This document shows positions 57,001-64,000 of a stretch of 64,000 nucleotides of DNA, in pieces. Made by a program: the position numbers and the translations under genes. How positions within the stretch are numbered: the stretch's first letter is position 1; every line of letters begins with the position of its first letter. The notes under the pieces are model-generated. The model worked only from the letters and a program-made list of their open reading frames with translations. It was not told the origin of the DNA and did not search any database. The DNA is from the human T2T-CHM13v2.0 reference genome, Homo sapiens: the NCBI RefSeq assembly GCF_009914755.1, contig NC_060938.1; one strand, 5' to 3'.

Positions 57001-60000
57001 AACTCTGTGACTTGAATGCAGACATCACAGAGCAGTTTCTGAGAATGCTTCTGTCTAGATTTTATAGGAAGATATTCCCGTTTCCAACGAAATCTTCACA
57101 GCTATCCAAATATCCACTTGCAGATTCTACAAAAAGAGTGTATCAAAACTGCTCTGTCTAAAGGAAGGTTCTTCTCTGTTAGGTGAGTGCATACGTCATA
57201 AAGGAGTTTCTGAGAATGTTTCTGTCTAGTGGTTATGGGAAGATATTTGCTTTTTCCCCGTAGGCCTCAGGGCGCTCCAAATGTCCACTTGCACATGCTA
57301 CAAAAAGAGTGCTTCAAAGCTGCTCTCTGAAAGGGAATGTTCAACTCTATGAGTTGAATGCAAACATCACAAAGACGTTTCTGAGAATGCTTCTGTCTAG
57401 ATTTGATATGAAGATATTCCCGTTTCCAACGAAATCTTCAAATCTATCCAAATGTCCACTTGCAGATTCAACAAAAAGTGTTTTTCAGAACTGCTCTATC
57501 AAAAGAAAGATCCACCTCTGTTAGCTGAGTTCAGACATCACAAACAAGTTTATGAGAATGCTTCTGTCTAGTTTTTATTTGAAGATATTTCCTTTCTCAC
57601 CATAGACCTGAAAGCTGTCCTAATGTTCACTTCCAGTTACTACAGAGTGTTTCAAAACTGCTGTACGAAAGGGAATGTTCAACTCTGTGACTTGAATGCA
57701 CACATCACAAAGAAGTTTCTGAGGATGCTGCTGTCTACTTTTTATACGTAATCCCGTTTCCAACGAAATCCTCCAAGCTATCCAAATATCCACTTGCAGA
57801 TTCCACAGAAAGACTGTTTCAAAACTGCTCTGTCAATAGAAAGGTTCAACTCTGTTAGCTGCGTGCATATATCCCAAAGAAGATTCTGAGATTGCTTCTG
57901 TCTAGTTTTTATGGGAAGATATTTCCCTTTTCACCGTAGGCGTCAAGGCGCTCCAAATGTCCACTTCCAGATACTACAAAAAGAGTGTTTCAAACCTACT
58001 CTGTGAAAGGGAATATTCAACTCTGTGACTTGAATGCACATATCACAAGGAAGTTTCTGAGAATGCTTCTGTCGAGATTTTATATGAAGATATTCCCGTT
58101 TCCAACGAAATCCTGAAATCTATCCAAATATCCCCTCGCAGATTCTACAAAAAGAGTGTTTCAAAACTGCTCTGTAAAAAGAAAGGTTCAACTCTGTTAG
58201 TTGAGTACACACATCACAAACAAGTTTCACAGAATGCTTCTTTCTAGCTTGTAGGGGAAGATATTCCCTTTATCACCATGGGCCTCAAACCGTCCGATAA
58301 GTCCACTTCCATATACTACAAAAAGAGCGTTTCAAACCTGCTCTATGAAAGGCAATGTTCAACTCTGTGACTTGAATGCAGACATCACAGAGCAGTTTCT
58401 GAGAATGCTTCTGTCTAGATTTTATAGGAAGATATTCCCGTTTCCAACGAAATCTTCACAGCTATCCAAATATCCACTTGCAGATTCTACAAAAAGAGTG
58501 TATCAAAACTGCTCTGTCAAAAGGAAGGTTCTTTTCTGTTAGGTGAGTGCATACGTCATAAAGGAGTTTCTGAGAATGTTTCTGTCTAGTGGTTATGGGA
58601 AGATATTTGCTTTTTCACCGTAGGCCTCAGAGCGCTCCAAATATCCACTTGCACATACTACAAAAAGAGTGCCTCAAAGCTGCTCTCTGAAACGGAATGT
58701 TCAACTCTATGAGTTGAATGCAAACATCGCAAAGACGTTTCTGAGAATGCTTCTGTCTAGATTTGATATGAAGATATTCCCGTTTCCAACGAAATCTTCA
58801 AATCTATCCAAATGTCCACTTGCAGATTCAACAAAAAGTGTTTTTCAGAACTGCTCTATCAAAAGAAAGATCCACCTCTGTTAGCTGAGTTCACACATCA
58901 CAAACAAGTTTATGAGAATGCTTCTGTCTAGTTTTTATTTGAAGATATTTCCTTTCTCACCATAGAGCTGAAAGCTGTCCTAATGTTCACTTCCAGATAC
59001 TACAGAAAGAGTGTTTCAAAACTGCTGTACGAAAGGGAATGTTCAACTCTGTGACTTGAATGCACACATCACAAAGAAGTTTCTGAGGATGCTGCTGTCT
59101 ACTTTTTATACGTAATCCCGTTTCCAACGAAATCCTCCAAGCTATCCAAATATCCACTTGCAGATTCCACAGAAAGACTGTTTCAAAACTGCTCTGTCAA
59201 TAGAAAGGTTCAACTCTGTTAGCTGCGTGCATATATCCCAAAGAAGATTCTGAGATTGCTTCTGTCTAGTTTTTATGGGAAGATATTTCCCTTTTCACCG
59301 TAGGTGTCAAGGCGCTCCAAATGTCCACTTCCAGATACTACAAAAAGAGTGTTTCAAACCTACTCTGTGAAAGGGAATATTCAACTCTGTGACTTGAATG
59401 CACATATCACAAAGAAGTTTCTGAGAATGCTTCTGTCGAGATTTTATATGAAGATATTCCCGTTTCCAACGAAATGCTGAAATCTATCCAAATATCCCCT
59501 CGCAGATTCTACAAAAAGAGTGTTTCAAAACTGCTCTGTGAAAAGAAAGGTTCAACTCTGTTAGTTGAGTACACACATCACAAACAAGTTTCACAGAATG
59601 CTTCTTTCTAGCTTGTAGGGGAAGATATTCCCTTTATCACCATGGGCCTCAAACCGTCCGAAAAGTCCACTTCCATATACTACAAAAAGAGCGTTTCAAA
59701 CCTGCTCTATGAAAGGCAATGTTCAACTCTGTGACTTGAATGCAGACATCACAGAGCAGTTTCTGAGAATGCTTCTGTCTAGATTTTATAGGAAGATATT
59801 CCCGTTTCCAACGAAATCTTCACAGCTATCCAAATATCCACTTGCAGATTCTACAAAAAGAGTGTATCAAAACTGCTCTGTCAAAAGGAAGGTTCTTCTC
59901 TGTTAGGTGAGTGCATACGTCATAAAGGAGTTTCTGAGAATGTTTCTGTCTAGTGGTTATGGGAAGATATTTGCTTTTTCCCCGTAGGCCTCAGAGCGCT

Positions 60001-63000
60001 CCAAATATCCACTTGCACATACTACAAAAAGAGTGCCTCAAAGCTGCTCTCTGAAACGGAATGTTCAACTCTATGAGTTGAATGCAAACATCGCAAAGAC
60101 GTTTCTGAGAATGCTTCTGTCTAGATTTGATATGAAGATATTCCCGTTTCCAACGAAATCTTCAAATCTATCCAAATGTCCACTTGCAGATTCAACAAAA
60201 AGTGTTTTTCAGAACTGCTCTATCAAAAGAAAGATCCACCTCTGTTAGCTGAGTTCAGACATCACAAACAAGTTTATGAGAATGCTTCTGTCTAGTTTTT
60301 ATTTGAAGATATTTCCTTTCTCACCATAGACCTGAAAGCTGTCCTAATGTTCACTTCCAGTTACTACAGAGTGTTTCAAAACTGCTGTACGAAAGGGAAT
60401 GTTCAACTCTGTGACTTGAATGCACACATCACAAAGAAGTTTCTGAGGATGCTGCTGTCTACTTTTTATACTTAATCCCGTTTCCAACGAAATCCTCCAA
60501 GCTATCCAAATATCCACTTGCAGATTCCACAGAAAGACTGTTTCAAAACTGCTCTGTCAATAGAAAGGTTCAACTCTGTTAGCTGCGTGCATATATCCCA
60601 AAGAAGATTCTGAGATTGCTTCTGTCTAGTTTTTATGGGAAGATATTTCCCTTTTCACCGTAGGCGTCAAGGCGCTCCAAATGTCCACTTCCAGATACTA
60701 CAAAAAGAGTGTTTCAAACCTACTCTGTGAAAGGGAATATTCAACTCTGTGACTTGAATGCACATATCACAAGGAAGTTTCTGAGAATGCTTCTGTCGAG
60801 ATTTTATATGAAGATATTCCCGTTTCCAACGAAATCCTGAAATCTATCCAAATATCCCCTCGCAGATTCTACAAAAAGAGTGTTTCAAAACTGCTCTGTA
60901 AAAAGAAAGGTTCAACTCTGTTAGTTGAGTACACACATCACAAACAAGTTTCACAGAATGCTTCTTTCTAGCTTGTAGGGGAAGATATTCCCTTTATCAC
61001 CATGGGCCTCCAACCGTCCGATAAGTCCACTTCCATATACTACAAAAAGAGCGTTTCAAACCTGCTCTATGAAAGGCAATGTTCAACTCTGTGACTTGAA
61101 TGCAGACATCACAGAGCAGTTTCTGAGAATGCTTCTGTCTAGATTTTATAGGAAGATATTCCCGTTTCCAACGAAATCTTCACAGCTATCCAAATATCCA
61201 CTTGCAGATTCTACAAAAAGAGTGTATCAAAACTGCTCTGTCAAAAGGAAGGTTCTTCTCTGTTAGGTGAGTGCATACGTCATAAAGGAGTTTCTGAGAA
61301 TGTTTCTGTCTAGTGGTTATGGGAAGATATTTGCTTTTTCCCCGTAGGCCTCAGGGCGCTCCAAATGTCCACTTGCACATGCTACAAAAAGAGTGCTTCA
61401 AAGCTGCTCTCTGAAAGGGAATGTTCAACTCTATGAGTTGAATGCAAACATCGCAAAGACGTTTCTGAGAATGCTTCTGTCTAGATTTGATATGAAGATA
61501 TTCCCGTTTCCAACGAAATCTTCAAATCTATCCAAATGTCCACTTGCAGATTCAACAAAAAGTGTTTTTCAGAACTGCTCTATCAAAAGAAAGATCCACC
61601 TCTGTTAGCTGAGTTCAGACATCACAAACAAGTTTATGAGAATGCTTCTGTCTAGTTTTTATTTGAAGATATTTCCTTTCTCACCATAGACCTGAAAGCT
61701 GTCCTAATGTTCACTTCCAGTTACTACAGAAAGAGTATTTCAAAACTGCTGTACGAAAGGGAATGTTCAACTCTGTGACTTGAATGCACACATCACAAAG
61801 AAGTTTCTGAGGATGCTGCTGTCTACTTTTTATACTTAATCCCGTTTCCAACGAAATCCTCCAAGCTATCCAAATATCCACTTGCAGATTCCACAGAAAG
61901 ACTGTTTCAAAACTGCTCTGTCAATAGAAAGGTTCAACTCTGTTAGCTGCGTGCATATATCCCAAAGCAGATTCTGAGATTGCTTCTGTCTAGTTTTTAT
62001 GGGAAGATATTTCCCTTTTCACCGTAGGCGTCAAGGCGCTCCAAATGTCCACTTCCAGATACTACAAAAAGAGTGTTTCAAACCTACTCTGTGAAAGGGA
62101 ATATTCAACTCTGTGACTTGAATGCACATATCACAAGGAAGTTTCTGAGAATGCTTCTGTCGAGATTTTATATGAAGATATTCCCGTTTCCAACGAAATC
62201 CTGAAATCTATCCAAATATCCCCTCGCAGATTCTACAAAAAGAGTGTTTCAAAACTGCTCTTTAAAAAGAAAGGTTCAACTCTGTTAGTTGAGTACACAC
62301 ATCACAAACAAGTTTCACAGAATGCTTCTTTCTAGCTTGTAGGGGAAGATATTCCCTTTATCACCATGGGCCTCAAACCGTCCGATAAGTCCACTTCCAT
62401 ATACTACAAAAAGAGCGTTTCAAACCTGCTCTATGAAAGGCAACGTTCAACTCTGTGACTTGAATGCAGACATCACAGAGCAGTTTCTGAGAATGCTTCT
62501 GTCTAGATTTTATAGGAAGATATTCCCGTTTCCAACGAAATCTTCACAGCTATCCAAATATCCACTTGCAGATTCTACAAAAAGAGTGTATCAAAACTGC
62601 TCTGTCAAAAGGAAGGTTCTTCTCTGTTAGGTGAGTGCATACGTCATAAAGGAGTTTCTGAGAATGTTTCTGTCTAGTGGTTATGGGAAGATATTTGCTT
62701 TTTCCCCGTAGGCCTCAGGGCGCTCCAAATGTCCACTTGCACATGCTACAAAAAGAGTGCTTCAAAGCTGCTCTCTGAAAGGGAATGTTCAACTCTATGA
62801 GTTGAATGCAAACATCACAAAGACGTTTCTGAGAATGCTTCTGTCTAGATTTGATATGAAGATATTCCCGTTTCCAACGAAATCTTCAAATCTATCCAAA
62901 TGTCCACTTGCAGATTCAACAAAAAGTGTTTTTCAGAACTGCTCTATCAAAAGAAAGATCCACCTCTGTTAGCTGAGTTCAGACATCACAAACAAGTTTA

Positions 63001-64000
63001 TGAGAATGCTTCTGTCTAGTTTTTATTTGAAGATATTTCCTTTCTCACCATAGACCTGAAAGCTGTCCTAATGTTCACTTCCAGTTACTACAGAGTGTTT
63101 CAAAACTGCTGTACGAAAGGGAATGTTCAACTCTGTGACTTGAATGCACACATCACAAAGAAGTTTCTGAGGATGCTGCTGTCTACTTTTTATACTTAAT
63201 CCCGTTTCCAACGAAATCCTCCAAGCTATCCAAATATCCACTTGCAGATTCCACAGAAAGACTGTTTCAAAACTGCTCTGTCAATAGAAAGGTTCAACTC
63301 TGTTAGCTGCGTGCATATATCCCAAAGAAGATTCTGAGATTGCTTCTCTCTAGTTTTTATGGGAAGATATTTCCCTTTTCACCGTAGGCGTCAAGGCGCT
63401 CCAAATGTCCACTTCCAGATACTACAAAAAGAGTGTTTCAAACCTACTCTGTGAAAGGGAATATTCAACTCTGTGACTTGAATGCACATATCACAAGGAA
63501 GTTTCTGAGAATGCTTCTGTCGAGATTTTATATGAAGATATTCCCGTTTCCAACGAAATCCTGAAATCTATCCAAATATCCCCTCGCAGATTCTACAAAA
63601 AGAGTGTTTCAAAACTGCTCTGTAAAAAGAAAGGTTCAACTCTGTTAGTTGAGTACACACATCACAAACAAGTTTCACAGAATGCTTCTTTCTAGCTTGT
63701 AGGGGAAGATATTCCCTTTATCACCATGGGCCTCCAACCGTCCGATAAGTCCACTTCCATATACTACAAAAAGAGCGTTTCAAACCTGCTCTATGAAAGG
63801 CAATGTTCAACTCTGTGACTTGAATGCAGACATCACAGAGCAGTTTCTGAGAATGCTTCTGTCTAGATTTTATAGGAAGATATTCCCGTTTCCAACGAAA
63901 TCTTCACAGCTATCCAAATATCCACTTGCAGATTCTACAAAAAGAGTGTATCAAAACTGCTCTGTCAAAAGGAAGGTTCTTCTCTGTTAGGTGAGTGCAT
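21000..64000. repeat. Two copies of a ~21,812-bp (16-HOR) super-repeat; boundaries are approximate and the second copy is truncated by the window end
   Basis: Variant HORs recur at +21812: ORF variants 21857/43669, 25211/47023, 32769/54581 and 33395/55207, and 4-bp deletions at 35831/57643, 38555/60367 and 41279/63091. Confidence 0.85.
34101..42272. repeat. Three copies of a 2-HOR (1364+1360 = 2724 bp) unit
   Basis: The 4-bp deletion (tacagagtg instead of tacagaaagagtg) occurs in every second HOR. It alternates with HORs carrying gattccacaaaa, ctctttaaaa and ggcaacgttc. Confidence 0.85.

Larger units (their letters stand above)
1..64000 (-). repeat. Centromeric alpha-satellite higher-order repeat array: 8-mer HOR of 1364 bp, ~46.9 copies. 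SF2-like dimeric structure; probably the human chr14/22 alphaXT (D14Z9/D22Z1)-type live array.
   Basis: The period is 1364 bp (ORF starts at 33, 1397, 2761...). The ~171-bp monomers carry typical alphoid motifs (tccacttgcagattctacaaaaagagtgtttcaaaactgctc, gttcaactctgtgacttgaatgca, gtttctgagaatgcttctgtctag). The CENP-B box reads TTCGTTGGAAACGGGA on the minus strand in every second monomer, with the same orientation throughout. Alpha-satellite identity is near certain; the chromosome identity is less so. Confidence 0.98.

Noticed and set aside
33-63990. Recurrent 65-aa and 71-aa plus-strand ORFs
   Set aside because: They are chance stop-free frames of the satellite repeated once per HOR. They resemble each other only because the monomers are homologous. 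The 71-aa ORF starts at GTG, and copies are freely broken by stops (U8, U20, U36; 57159). I recognise no protein family.
142-64000. CRISPR-like appearance of a constant 17-bp motif at regular spacing
   Set aside because: The motif is the CENP-B box. The intervening ~325-bp sequences are themselves repeats rather than unique spacers, and there are no cas genes.
1-64000. Possible L1/Alu insertion, inversion or monomer-deletion HOR variant
   Set aside because: The ORF track keeps a 1364/1360-bp register on the same strand from start to end, leaving no room for insertions, inversions or truncated HORs.
1-64000. A previously undescribed biological system
   Set aside because: Everything seen is explained by known alpha-satellite HOR biology. 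Only the specific local duplication and conversion history may be undescribed.

Overview
The whole 64-kb window is one uninterrupted, single-orientation array of primate, human-type centromeric alpha satellite. It holds about 46.9 head-to-tail copies of a 1364-bp 8-monomer higher-order repeat (HOR), with ~171-bp monomers alternating between CENP-B-box and pJalpha-type monomers. The array looks like suprachromosomal family 2 and most resembles the chr14/22 alphaXT 8-mer, but the chromosome assignment is tentative. Units are numbered U1-U47, with U1 starting at 1, U2 at 1365, and so on; six units carry a 4-bp deletion. I see no genes, transposon insertions or inversions, and all listed ORFs are artefacts of the repeat. 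I found no evidence of a novel biological system. What is interesting is the array's history, read by eye from shared rare variants: a ~21.8-kb (16-HOR) super-repeat, nested 7-HOR and 5-HOR tandem duplications, an emerging 2-HOR (2724-bp) period, recombinant HORs and a propagated CENP-B-box-disrupting variant.
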